NCBI GenBank assembly: GCA_964573895.1
Contig: CAZNLS010000004.1
Coordinates: 1 to 53,146 of the forward strand
Source: an uncultured Clostridia bacterium
GTDB lineage: Bacteria > Acidobacteriota > Aminicenantia > UBA2199
Direction of reading: 5' to 3'
Length of the DNA: 53,146 nucleotides
A program made the position numbers and the translations under genes. The notes beneath the pieces were generated by a model that saw nothing but the letters and a program-made list of their open reading frames with translations, was not told the DNA's origin and did not search any database. The first letter of the stretch is position 1, and each line of letters begins with the position of its first letter. This document shows, one piece after another, positions 9,729 through 19,499 of this stretch.

Positions 9729-11936
9729 TCAAACAAGATAATCTTCAACTCCGGAATCCTTGGCAAAGATACATGATGATCCGGTCTCATCAACGATCCT
9801 GTGCATGACTTCTATATTCATTTTCCCCGAGATCCCGAAAATATTCAGATCAGCAGCAAGTTTTGGATCTTTCAATGTTTCGAAAAAATCTCCGACAATA
9901 ACTTCAAGCTCCATCCCGGAAGGGAGTCTTGCTTCGTCCTTGATCCGCCTCAGATCCTCTTTCTCAAACTCAAGCCTCTTTTCACTTGGCGTTACCCGGA
10001 CAAGTTTCAATTTCCCCCATGACCGGTTTAGTTCAATTGTAATTAGTGCTGCCAAATTTTGATTCGGGCTTTTATCCCGCAGCCATAGATTAACCTTCCT
10101 CTTCTTCAAAACAGTGTTACTTCTGTTGGCTCCCATCACAAGCAGACCCAGATGTTCTTCGATTGAAATGGCTATAAGCTGTTCGAGCCTCTTATCTTTG
10201 CTTCTGTCATCACTCATTGTAAGAAACATTATGTTCGGGGGAAAAAACATCCCCTTCATCACCTGGGTTATTATATGGAGACCGTCAAGAAATCCAGGCG
10301 CTTCAATTACCATTGAGGTTGAAAAAATGCCCATTTTTCTTACCGGTTCAGTTAAATCTTTCATCTGATTTTCAAGGGATTTCCTCCTCTCCGGATTTCC
10401 CGGCATGTATATTTTTTCTCCCCGGTTAAAGAAAAAATCCGCAATGCTTCTCGTTCGTTTACCGATCTGGTCTGAATGAGCAATAACCGAGAAAAATCTT
10501 ACTGTCCCTTTTGGGAAAGCCAGATCATTTATAAAATCTATTAAGTGGTCCCAATTTTTGGGGTCTTCCACCGGGATCATGAGATTTGGTTTCCAGTTTT
10601 TTGCGGTTTGAGGCATTTTGGAAGAAGTCTTTGCTGCCCACTCCGAAATTGAGTTGAAAAGAGCACTCCTTATATCACCCCATGGCGCCTGGAGTTCTCT
10701 CTTCACCTGAATCATATAGAAAAGAGCAATAATGAAAAAAGAGACAAGCGCAAAGATCGGGTCTATCAGAAACATTATTACAAAACACCAGATACCACCA
10801 ATAAATGAGATTGATTTCGGGATCCTGAAACTCGGCCTGAATGATGTTATCCCTACGGCTTTTTCTATAAATACAGCGATGTTTATCATCCCGTAGGTAA
10901 TCAAAAAAAACATTGTCAGAAGCGGAGCAATAGAGTTGAGATCACCGAGAATAATGCTCATCTCAACAATTATTGCAGTCAATAGAAGTGAATATCTAGG
11001 TTCCCCGCTCCGGCTTCTCTTTGACCAGAGCGATGCCAGTGGGATCACTCTGTCCTGACCGAGTGCCGAAAGAATCCTGGGAGCACCAAGAATGCTGCCC
11101 AATGCAGAGGAGAGCGTTGCTCCCATTATTCCCGCTATGATTGCCCACTTCCATAAAGCAAGGTCTCTCATTATCAGGTTATCCTTTATTAATGCCTCCG
11201 GTGTCGCATGTATGTTGAGCCAGAATGCGACGGCAATATATATCAAAAGACCAATCCCAATTGCAGAAAGCATTCCCAGAGGGATATTTCTCTTCGGGTT
11301 TTTCAACTCTCCTGACATTGCCGCTCCGGCACTTATTCCCGTTACTGCAGGGAAAAATACTGCAAAGACCACCCAGAATGATGCTTCTCCTCCTGAATTC
11401 CAGAGAACCAGTTCATACTCACCGCCCTTTCCCATGAAAAATGAAAAGAGAGACAGAACTATCGCAAACATTATGACATACTGGAACTTCATTACTGCTT
11501 TTGCACTGATCAGGGAGAGGATAAGAATAGCGGCCAGAACAACCGAGGATACGAGGTGGGGGTTATGTTTGGGAAAGATTGACAGCCACACTTCGGTAAA
11601 ACCGACTATATAGAGAGCAACAGACAGTGCTTGTGAAATGTAGAGAGATATCCCGATCGCACCTCCCACCTCCAGGCCGAGTGACCTCGATATCAGAGAA
11701 TAGAATCCCCCGTCTCCGATCTTGACATTTGTTGTCATTGAGGACATTGCAAGGCCTGTAGTCACAGTTGCAACATGTGCAAGGAGAATTATGATAAGAG
11801 CTCCGAGGAATCCGGTATTTCCCACGACCCAGCCGAGACGCAGGTACATTATTACCCCGATGATAGTGAGGATCGTGGGGGTAAAGACGCCGTCAATTGT
11901 TCCGAATCGTTTTGGACTCTCGTTTATACTATTCAA
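9729..11936 (-). CDS. cation:chloride cotransporter (SLC12/CCC family) homolog
   Basis: 735 aa. The N-terminus FGTIDGVFTPTILTIIGVIMYLRLGWVVGNTG matches the CCC signature. About 12 TM segments plus a cytosolic C-terminal domain of about 270 aa. TTG start preceded by GAAGGA. Confidence 0.8.
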   Translation of the reverse strand: MNSINESPKRFGTIDGVFTPTILTIIGVIMYLRLGWVVGNTGFLGALIIILLAHVATVTTGLAMSSMTTNVKIGDGGFYSLISRSLGLEVGGAIGISLYISQALSVALYIVGFTEVWLSIFPKHNPHLVSSVVLAAILILSLISAKAVMKFQYVIMFAIVLSLFSFFMGKGGEYELVLWNSGGEASFWVVFAVFFPAVTGISAGAAMSGELKNPKRNIPLGMLSAIGIGLLIYIAVAFWLNIHATPEALIKDNLIMRDLALWKWAIIAGIMGATLSSALGSILGAPRILSALGQDRVIPLASLWSKRSRSGEPRYSLLLTAIIVEMSIILGDLNSIAPLLTMFFLITYGMINIAVFIEKAVGITSFRPSFRIPKSISFIGGIWCFVIMFLIDPIFALVSFFIIALFYMIQVKRELQAPWGDIRSALFNSISEWAAKTSSKMPQTAKNWKPNLMIPVEDPKNWDHLIDFINDLAFPKGTVRFFSVIAHSDQIGKRTRSIADFFFNRGEKIYMPGNPERRKSLENQMKDLTEPVRKMGIFSTSMVIEAPGFLDGLHIITQVMKGMFFPPNIMFLTMSDDRSKDKRLEQLIAISIEEHLGLLVMGANRSNTVLKKRKVNLWLRDKSPNQNLAALITIELNRSWGKLKLVRVTPSEKRLEFEKEDLRRIKDEARLPSGMELEVIVGDFFETLKDPKLAADLNIFGISGKMNIEVMHRIVDETGSSCIFAKDSGVEDYLV

Positions 11937-12094
11937 ATTTTTCCTTCAGCCGGCAGACTCAAAGCATTTTATAGAACCTGAAATATATTTTCAACATTAA
12001 TATGAATACGCAAACATCAGTTTTCAGCTAAATTTCTAAAGTCATTTTCAAACATTTCGCTATAAAAACATTTAAGACACAAATATAATGATAG

Positions 12095-13897
12095 TTAAAT
12101 CCTCTTTGCTTTGAAATCTCCGTTCGGCTGGTGTGAAATAAATCCGGTTGCTTTCCCGTCCGGACCTGTTAAGAATTCAACCGTGAATCCCTTGAGTCCT
12201 TTAAGGCTGAAAAAATTCTTTTTAAAAGGTTTTAACTGAAATTCAGGCTGTCCCGTTGCCTGGAGGAATAGCTTATCATCACCACGAAAGAATATTTTTG
12301 CCTTTAACTGCCCTGCAGTGAATAAATAGTTTCCCGAAAATTTTTCCAGGTAACTCTTTTTATTCAGCCTATCGGGAATCATTCTCTTAAATACAATATC
12401 ATCCAGTGTGGGCTCAAGAGGAACCAGAACTCTGTCAACAATCCCTTTATCATCCGTTAAAAAGTGGAGCTTTGAGCCTTTAAATATCGTATCTTCAATC
12501 TTAAAATAGTCGTAATGATAATGGCTCAGCTTTCCCGAAAATTTATGGTATTTAAATTTGAGTCCATTTTTATCTGAAGTCAATAATATTACACCATAAG
12601 CAGGGTGGTTGAATTTTCCCGTATACTCTTTTAGACTATGCGAAGGTTTTGTACCTGCAACCTTCGATTTATCTTCTCTGCTCATTTTCTTTTTCGCATT
12701 AGTTCTGCGGGCTTCGAAAAGTTCCAGGAACCTCTTGTTCCATGGGAGAGGTTTTTCTCCCATCAATCCGTCATAGACTCTGAGAGTAGCGGAATAAGTA
12801 AGAAAATTCCCGCTATTATTAGTCAAAATTATTACCCCGCTCTCAATATCAGGCATGAATGAAACAACGGCAGAAAATCCATCTATATTCCCGCCATGAT
12901 GAATGAGATTGTGTCCCCTGTAGTGATTTATGAACCAGCCCATTCCGTAAGTAGGGAAGGAGAATTCGTTAAACCTGTTAAATAGATATGCGATAGTTCC
13001 ACCGGCGATGACTTGAGGTGTAGTTATGACTTTTAGTGAACCGGGTGAGATAAACTGCTTTCCTCCTCTCCTGCCGCCGTCAAGGATCAGCTTCAACCAG
13101 CTAAGCATGTCATCTATATTCGAATTGATTGCTCCAGCCGGCGCAATCCCTTTTATGCCTTTTTTATAGAAGGGAACTTCAACTATCTTTCCTTTCTTTA
13201 TTGCATACGGTTTTGAAAAATCATCACTTTTTAAAGATTCTGCGATTGACAGGTTAGTACTTATCATCTCAAGTGGTTTAAAGAGCCTGTTTTTTATCAC
13301 ATGTTCCCAGGTAGACCCTCTCATTTTACCTACAAGGTATCCGGCAGTCATATACATCATATTCTGGTACTGAAAAGTTTCCCTGAAATCGGCACTGTTT
13401 TTCAGATATTTCAAGCCGTTATACAACTCCTTTCTTGAGTAATCCGCACCATACCAGACTAAATCATGCCTGGGAAGGCCTGAATTGTGGATGAGGAGGT
13501 CTTTTACCTTCATATGCGTTGAAGCATAGTTGTCGTATAGGGTAAAATCAGGAAGATATGATCTCACTCTTCCGTTCCATACAATTTTACCATCGTCTAC
13601 CAGCTGACCAACGAGAAAACTTGTAAATGCCTTTGTAGTTGAACCGATAGAAAAGAGAGTCTTTCTAGTAACCGGAAGCTTTTTTTCAACATTACGAAAA
13701 CCGTACCCCTTTGCAAGTATTATATATCCTTTATTTATAATACCAACAGCAGCTCCCGGAACCTTCCACTCCTTCAGCGAAACTGCCATGAATTTACCAA
13801 ACTCATCAACTGAAAACTTCTTCTTTGCAAAAGATTCGAAACCTGAAATAAAAATAATCAATAACATCAGCAGAAATATTAAAAGCTTCCTCTTCAT
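12095..13897 (-). CDS. serine hydrolase, class-C beta-lactamase / PBP-like family, secreted
   Basis: SxxK (STTK), YxN (YQN) and HGG motifs, with a signal peptide. I prefer the ATG at 13897 (MKRKLLIFLL), which has AGGAGG 5 nt upstream, over the ORF-track start at 13951. Confidence 0.8.
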   Translation of the reverse strand: MKRKLLIFLLMLLIIFISGFESFAKKKFSVDEFGKFMAVSLKEWKVPGAAVGIINKGYIILAKGYGFRNVEKKLPVTRKTLFSIGSTTKAFTSFLVGQLVDDGKIVWNGRVRSYLPDFTLYDNYASTHMKVKDLLIHNSGLPRHDLVWYGADYSRKELYNGLKYLKNSADFRETFQYQNMMYMTAGYLVGKMRGSTWEHVIKNRLFKPLEMISTNLSIAESLKSDDFSKPYAIKKGKIVEVPFYKKGIKGIAPAGAINSNIDDMLSWLKLILDGGRRGGKQFISPGSLKVITTPQVIAGGTIAYLFNRFNEFSFPTYGMGWFINHYRGHNLIHHGGNIDGFSAVVSFMPDIESGVIILTNNSGNFLTYSATLRVYDGLMGEKPLPWNKRFLELFEARRTNAKKKMSREDKSKVAGTKPSHSLKEYTGKFNHPAYGVILLTSDKNGLKFKYHKFSGKLSHYHYDYFKIEDTIFKGSKLHFLTDDKGIVDRVLVPLEPTLDDIVFKRMIPDRLNKKSYLEKFSGNYLFTAGQLKAKIFFRGDDKLFLQATGQPEFQLKPFKKNFFSLKGLKGFTVEFLTGPDGKATGFISHQPNGDFKAKRI

Positions 13898-14025
13898 TGG
13901 ATCCTCCTTTGATACTGAATAAACAATAAAATCCGAAAAATATTCTAACACTGTATAATTTTAAATTACAGCCTTTAAATAGAACTATAACTGGAATTTT
14001 ACGTAGCAGATATGTTATAAAACTT

Positions 14026-16209
14026 TTGATGATACATTTCAAAATTAAAATACTACTATTCTTTCTTATTATTGCAATTCTAACCATACCCTTATTCTCA
14101 AAGGGGTTGAAATTAAAAGCGGTTCGGACGGAAAAAGCCCCTGGAATCGATGGAAAGCTGACGGATGAATGCTGGGATCTTGCAAAGCCTTTTTCACATT
14201 TTTTACAGGTTGATCCAAAAACGGGCGAAGAGCCTACGGAAAAAACCGAGTTGAAAATCCTCTATACTCAATCGGCTCTATATCTCGGAATAAAATGCTT
14301 CTCCAAAGAACCGGAAAAAATATCGGTAAAGTCCCTGAAGAGAGATAAGTTCGGATGGAGATCGAGAGGTGATGACATTGTAAAAATTCTCATTGACCCC
14401 TTTCAGGATAAGCGGAATGCATATGTATTTGTTGTAAATCCGAAGGGTGCGAAGACAGACGGTCTCGCATTCGGTGAACATTTCAGCCCCAACTGGGACG
14501 GCATCTGGGATGCCGAATGCAGGATAGACAAAGACGGGTGGAGTGCGGAAATAAAGATTCCTTTCAAAACAATCTCTTTTAATTCGGCATTGACTGAATG
14601 GGGTTTAAATGTGGAAAGATACATAGCCAGAAAGATTGAAACAGACAGGATGGAAGGGATCAGCAAAGATATATTTTTCTTCAACCCAAATGAGGCGGCA
14701 CTGATCACGGGGATAAAAAATATTAAGCAGGGACTCGGGCTGACTTTCAAACCGTATGCAATAATTTCCACATCGAAAGATTTTGAAAATTCTTTAAAGA
14801 GAGACTGGGACATCGAAGGAGGATTTGACCTGTACAAAAATTTCACTCCCAATCTTGTAGGAGTATTCACATATAATACCGATTTTGCAGAAACCGAAGT
14901 TGACGATAGAAAAATCAATCTTACCCGCTTCTCTCTGTTTTATCCCGAGAAGAGATCATTTTTCCTTGAGGGATCTGAAATATTCTCTTTCGGATCCGGC
15001 CTGTGGCGGGTTTTTATTCCCTTTTTCAGCAGGACAATAGGAATATATGATGATGAAGAACAGGTACCCATCAACTGGGGAATGAAAGTATACGGGAAAA
15101 TCGGGAAGACAAATATAGGCCTGTTGAATGTGAGAACAAAGGAGACGGAATTTATCGGAGGTAAAAACTTCTTTGCAGGGAGGATATCTCAAAACATACT
15201 TGAGCAGAGCAAGATTGGGATAATTTTTACTAACGGAAATCCCGATGAGGATGCTAAGAACTCCCTCATAGGGCTGGATTTTAAGTACTCTACTTCAAAG
15301 TTTTTGAAAAGGAAAAATTTTTCGGCATCCGCATGGTGGGCTTACAATGAAAACACAATTGAAGAGGGCTCCCACTCCGGTTATGGCATTAACATCGACT
15401 ATCCAAATGACCTCTGGGATGTAAACCTCTCATACAACTATTTCGGTGATGCAATGGAGCCGGGTCTTGCATTTCTTCCCCGTAACGGAGTCAAAATTTT
15501 CAGGAATAACATTAGTTTCAAACCACGCCCTTCAGGAGGGATGCTCGGTAATCTTGTCAGGCAATTCTACTTCGAGTTGAGGAGCTATGTATACCTTGAT
15601 CTTAACAACAATCTACAGTCATCCCAAATATTTACAGCTCCTCTTAACTTCCGGACTGAGAGCGGAGACCACATTGAATTTAATATAATTCCGAAAAAAG
15701 AGGTCTTAGACGAAGCTTTTGATCTCTCCGATGATATAATTTTCACACCCGGAAGTTATACTTTCACCCAATACAGGTTTCAGATCGATACCGCATCGCA
15801 CAGACCCGTTGGATTCAACTTTCAAATAAAATTCGGTGATTTTTACTCAGGAAAACTTTCTGAAGTGCATATCGGAACATCTTTCAAACACAACGGAAAT
15901 ATTAGTGTAGGGCTTGGCGCAATTCTTGTCAAAGGGAATTTTCCCCAGGGGAAATACAGAACAAACCTATACAGGCTCAAGGCTGACTTTTTTATGAAAC
16001 CGGAAACAGGTTTGATGACTTTTATACAGTATGACGATGAATCAAGAGAACTCGGTGCAAATATTAGGTTCAAGTGGAGAATTTCTCCCGGAAACGTGAT
16101 TTATCTTGTATATAACAAGAACTGGTTGAAAAGCTGGGATCCGGAATCAAGATTTTATCCACTCCAGGATATAGGCGTCTTCAAAATCCAACTAAGTGTA
16201 AGACCATAA
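14026..16209 (+). CDS. CBM9-like / DUF5916-family outer-membrane-associated protein
   Basis: 727 aa with a signal peptide. N-terminal APGIDGKLTDECW..FLQVDP motif typical of the CBM9-like domain. Long beta-rich C-terminal part. Confidence 0.6.
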   Translation: MMIHFKIKILLFFLIIAILTIPLFSKGLKLKAVRTEKAPGIDGKLTDECWDLAKPFSHFLQVDPKTGEEPTEKTELKILYTQSALYLGIKCFSKEPEKISVKSLKRDKFGWRSRGDDIVKILIDPFQDKRNAYVFVVNPKGAKTDGLAFGEHFSPNWDGIWDAECRIDKDGWSAEIKIPFKTISFNSALTEWGLNVERYIARKIETDRMEGISKDIFFFNPNEAALITGIKNIKQGLGLTFKPYAIISTSKDFENSLKRDWDIEGGFDLYKNFTPNLVGVFTYNTDFAETEVDDRKINLTRFSLFYPEKRSFFLEGSEIFSFGSGLWRVFIPFFSRTIGIYDDEEQVPINWGMKVYGKIGKTNIGLLNVRTKETEFIGGKNFFAGRISQNILEQSKIGIIFTNGNPDEDAKNSLIGLDFKYSTSKFLKRKNFSASAWWAYNENTIEEGSHSGYGINIDYPNDLWDVNLSYNYFGDAMEPGLAFLPRNGVKIFRNNISFKPRPSGGMLGNLVRQFYFELRSYVYLDLNNNLQSSQIFTAPLNFRTESGDHIEFNIIPKKEVLDEAFDLSDDIIFTPGSYTFTQYRFQIDTASHRPVGFNFQIKFGDFYSGKLSEVHIGTSFKHNGNISVGLGAILVKGNFPQGKYRTNLYRLKADFFMKPETGLMTFIQYDDESRELGANIRFKWRISPGNVIYLVYNKNWLKSWDPESRFYPLQDIGVFKIQLSVRP

Positions 16210-16227
16210 ACACAATTATATAAAGAT

Positions 16228-17580
16228 TTAATTCATCTTTTTTACATATGAATTTACCCAGAAAAAGGCCAGAATGCCAGATGAGAGATTGGCAAATGCT
16301 GCAGCATAAAATATACCTTTAAGGCCAAAAATTCCCGATAGAACGAAAGCTGTCGGAATATAGAGGATAAACATTCTTAAAATAGACAGTGAAGCAGATT
16401 GCAGGGGACGATTCAGTGCATTAAAAGAAGAACCGCTTACCATAAGAATCCCAAGAAAAGAGTATGAAACCGAAACAGTAATCAGGTAAAGGATAATATC
16501 ATTAATTACAATCGGATTTGAGCTGAATATTCCGGCAACAAAACGTCCGGACAGGATAAAAAACAGAAAAAGAAATATTCCCCAGAAGAAAGAAAAATTC
16601 TGGCTTAACCGCACAGCCTTCCTAATCCTGTCTATTTTACCAGCTCCAAAATTCTGTCCCACAAAAGGGATAATTACAGAGCTTAGAGCCATTATCACAG
16701 TCAGAGAAAAAGATTCCACTCTGGTTGCAACACCAAGAGCAGCAACCGCTTCAACTCCGAAACCGGAAACAAATCTGGTAATTATCCCCATTGAAACCGG
16801 AATAATCAGGTTTGTTCCGGCAGCAGGAAGGCCAATATACAAAATCTTCTTCCAGGAGTCATACCATTCCTGAAAAACCGGAGGTTTGAAAATGATCATC
16901 TTCTCCCGTTTATAGAGAATAAAAAATGAAATTGAAAGCGATATAGCCCGGGCAAATACCGTTGCAGCAGCAGCACCCTCAAGCCCCCAGGCAGGAAATG
17001 GACCGATCCCGAAAATTAACAGAGGATCCAAAACAGTATTCACAAGTGCCGAAATAAACATTATAAGACTGGGTGTTTTTGTATCACCTGTTGCCCTGAT
17101 GGCACTATTTCCCACCATCGGTATTATCACAAACATCATTCCCGGGTACCAGATTGTCATGTATTTTTTTATCAATTCCAATATTTCTTCGGATGCACCC
17201 ATTAATCTGAAAAGCGGGGTTATTGTAAGAAGTCCGGTAACAACAAAAACAAATACAATGAGAATTGCTAATGTCAATGCATCGGTGGTGTACCTTTGAA
17301 CCTTATGAGAATTACCTTCTCCAATCGCCCTGGAAATAACGGAAGATGCACCAACTCCAAGACCGAGAGCAATACTCCCGATCACAAAAACTACAGGAAA
17401 AGTAAAACTCATTGCCGCAAGCTCTTTTATTCCAAGCTGCCCGACAAAAAATGTGTCAATAAGATTGAATGCAATAATACTGACAATTCCGATTATCATG
17501 GGGCCGGTCAGGGAAACAAGACTTTTTCCTATTGGTCCCTCTATTAGCTTCGCGCTGTTTTTTTTCACACTGTGTTCCAA
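16228..17580 (-). CDS. MATE family efflux transporter
   Basis: 450 aa with 12 predicted TM segments and a typical MATE N-terminus (..GPIGKSL..L..P..). TTG start, so the exact start is uncertain. Confidence 0.82.
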   Translation of the reverse strand: MEHSVKKNSAKLIEGPIGKSLVSLTGPMIIGIVSIIAFNLIDTFFVGQLGIKELAAMSFTFPVVFVIGSIALGLGVGASSVISRAIGEGNSHKVQRYTTDALTLAILIVFVFVVTGLLTITPLFRLMGASEEILELIKKYMTIWYPGMMFVIIPMVGNSAIRATGDTKTPSLIMFISALVNTVLDPLLIFGIGPFPAWGLEGAAAATVFARAISLSISFFILYKREKMIIFKPPVFQEWYDSWKKILYIGLPAAGTNLIIPVSMGIITRFVSGFGVEAVAALGVATRVESFSLTVIMALSSVIIPFVGQNFGAGKIDRIRKAVRLSQNFSFFWGIFLFLFFILSGRFVAGIFSSNPIVINDIILYLITVSVSYSFLGILMVSGSSFNALNRPLQSASLSILRMFILYIPTAFVLSGIFGLKGIFYAAAFANLSSGILAFFWVNSYVKKMN

Positions 17581-17639
17581 TACATTACCGTTAATTTTAT
17601 TGTAGCAGAAACATCCTTTTCATACCAGTAAAGCCGCTC

Positions 17640-17668
17640 TTGAAAGTTCACTACTTTCAATATATAAT
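17640..17668 (+). promoter_or_regulatory. sigma70-type promoter for tRNA-Arg (and probably the downstream genes)
   Basis: TTGAAA (17640-17645), 17-nt spacer, TATAAT (17663-17668). The -10 ends 12 nt before the tRNA 5' end. Confidence 0.65.
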
Positions 17669-17680
17669 CGGTCATGTAGT

Positions 17681-17753
17681 GCGCCTGTAGCTCAATGGAT
17701 AGAGCACTCGACTACGAATCGAAAGGTTGGGGGTTCGACTCCCTCCAGGCGTG
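17681..17753 (+). tRNA. tRNA-Arg (anticodon ACG)
   Basis: Hand-folded cloverleaf. Acceptor GCGCCTG/CAGGCGT with G1-U72; D arm GCTC-AATGGATA-GAGC; anticodon arm CTCGA-CTACGAA-TCGAA with a C27-A43 mismatch; T arm GGGGG-TTCGACT-CCCTC. Close to E. coli tRNA-Arg(ACG). No encoded CCA. Confidence 0.9.
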
Positions 17754-17773
17754 CTTTCATCAAGGAGTTCAAT

Positions 17774-18367
17774 ATGGGCAGTTCAAAAAAGTCAGCTGAT
17801 ACATCTTTTATATCTGCAGGAGATAATATAGATGTATCAGAGATCATGAATTATATAGAAAAAAAAATCGAAGAGAAAAAATCTTCTGGTGTTTTAAAAG
17901 AACGGGAAATTGCAGAAATAGAAAATATGGAATTACAACCCCTCCCTGATTTTCTGGAAATCCCCAATGTATATGAGCAGCATCTCTTCGATGAGAAGAT
18001 AATGAACAACTACTACCCGGCATTTATAGAACCGGAGTCTGACGGAGGATCAGGAATTAAAGGATTATTAAAAAAGATCTTCAAACTTATCAGGAAGCCC
18101 CTTACTCCGTTTATAAGAAGCATGATCAGACCTTTTACAAATGAGATTAAGGCAGAAATAAACGAGGACAGAAAAAGTATCCACAAATTTGCTGCAGGTG
18201 TTGAATATATAAAACTGCTTCATAACACTGCAAATAATCTCATTGTAGAATTATCCAAACTGAAAATTGAAGAAGAACTTCTGAAAACAAAGATAAAAGT
18301 TCTCGAAGATAAGCTCGAGTTTGTCGAGGACCGGGAAAGAGCACTGGAAAAGAAAGTCGGAAGATAA
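17774..18367 (+). CDS. hypothetical coiled-coil protein
   Basis: 197 aa with an AAGGAG RBS 6 nt upstream. The C-terminal part is heptad-like and Glu/Lys-rich. No family recognised. Confidence 0.55.
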   Translation: MGSSKKSADTSFISAGDNIDVSEIMNYIEKKIEEKKSSGVLKEREIAEIENMELQPLPDFLEIPNVYEQHLFDEKIMNNYYPAFIEPESDGGSGIKGLLKKIFKLIRKPLTPFIRSMIRPFTNEIKAEINEDRKSIHKFAAGVEYIKLLHNTANNLIVELSKLKIEEELLKTKIKVLEDKLEFVEDRERALEKKVGR

Positions 18368-19431
18368 TGGAAATCCACCAGTTTCTTACATCCTATTCAT
18401 ATGGAGATGCGATAGGTAACGAGGCACTGGAGATAAGAAATTATCTCCGTGAAAATGGATTCAAATCTGAAATTTTTGCATTATCATACCATCCAAAATA
18501 CTCAAATCAGATAATAAACTATCTTGAATATGACAAATATTCAGCGAAAGACAATATCATAATTTACCATTTTTCCATAGGCTCCAAAGTAACAAAGAAA
18601 TTTCTGAGAGCTCCCGACCACAAAGTAATAATTTATCACAATATTACCCCGCACAATTTTTTCCTTGATTATCACAGGGTTCTGTCAAAAGATTGTTACA
18701 AAGGCAGAATTGAACTGAGAAGTCTTAGTGACAAGGTTGATCTCGCTCTCGGAGATTCGCTATATAATGAAGAGGAACTGAAAGAATCGGGCTTTAAAAA
18801 AACCGGTGTCCTCCCGCTCGTCATGAATTTTGAAAAATTTGATTCCCGGTCTCTGCCGATCCTTGACGATCTTTTCAGGGATGGAAAAACGAATATTTTA
18901 TATGTAGGCAGAATAATTCCAAATAAAAAAATAGAGGATATTATAAAAATTTTTCATATCTACAACAGGAAGTTCAACTCCGGATCGCGACTTTTTATAA
19001 TCGGCGAAAACAGAGGTTTCGAAAGATATTATTCGGCATTGACAAAATTAATTGAAAATCTCGGAGTAAAAAACATCCACATGCCGGGGCATATACCCGA
19101 AGATGAACTGATCTCCTATTTTAAGATGGCGGATATCTATCTTCACATGAGTGAACATGAAGGGTTCTGTGCACCGGTACCGGAGAGTTTTTACCTTAAT
19201 ATTCCTGTTATTGCCTTTAACGCAGGTGCTGTAAAAGAGACGATGGACGGAGGCGGAATTCTTGTCAATAATAAGGATCTCCTGAGAATTGCCGCTCTTA
19301 TCAACGAAATTAAAATAAATAATAAATTCAAAGAGGAAATATTAGCATCACAAAAAAGAGCACTAAAAAAATATCGTAAAAACAGAACCGGAAAAATACT
19401 CCTTGATCATCTCAGGCAATTTATGAAATAA
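18367..19431 (+). CDS. glycosyltransferase family 1 (GT4-type)
   Basis: 354 aa. C-terminal EHEGFC..PESFYLNIPVIA..G motif (E-x7-E region). 1-nt TAATG overlap with the upstream ORF. Confidence 0.8.
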   Translation: MEIHQFLTSYSYGDAIGNEALEIRNYLRENGFKSEIFALSYHPKYSNQIINYLEYDKYSAKDNIIIYHFSIGSKVTKKFLRAPDHKVIIYHNITPHNFFLDYHRVLSKDCYKGRIELRSLSDKVDLALGDSLYNEEELKESGFKKTGVLPLVMNFEKFDSRSLPILDDLFRDGKTNILYVGRIIPNKKIEDIIKIFHIYNRKFNSGSRLFIIGENRGFERYYSALTKLIENLGVKNIHMPGHIPEDELISYFKMADIYLHMSEHEGFCAPVPESFYLNIPVIAFNAGAVKETMDGGGILVNNKDLLRIAALINEIKINNKFKEEILASQKRALKKYRKNRTGKILLDHLRQFMK

Positions 19432-19499
19432 CAGTATCTCTGCTCTTCGTTGAAGTAAACCCCTTTTTAATATAAAATCCAGGATAACGGAGGAAAAGG

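Noticed and set aside
11092-11613. Long antisense shadow ORFs inside confident genes. Examples: 11092-11613 in the CCC gene, 42001-42534 in nqrB, 2969-3427 in hisIE, 14403-14918 in the DUF5916 gene, 26559-27026 in the kinase, and 24132-24950 in the AAA+ gene.
   Set aside because: Their translations are low-complexity (Ser/Pro/Ile/Phe-rich) with no recognisable motifs. Each lies opposite a gene with strong family signatures, which is typical of frame-shadow ORFs.
17681-17753. tRNA gene as a possible genomic-island integration site.
   Set aside because: There is no integrase, recombinase or phage gene on either side. I noticed no direct repeat of the tRNA 3' half downstream. The flanking genes (MATE, GT1, lpxD) look like core envelope functions.
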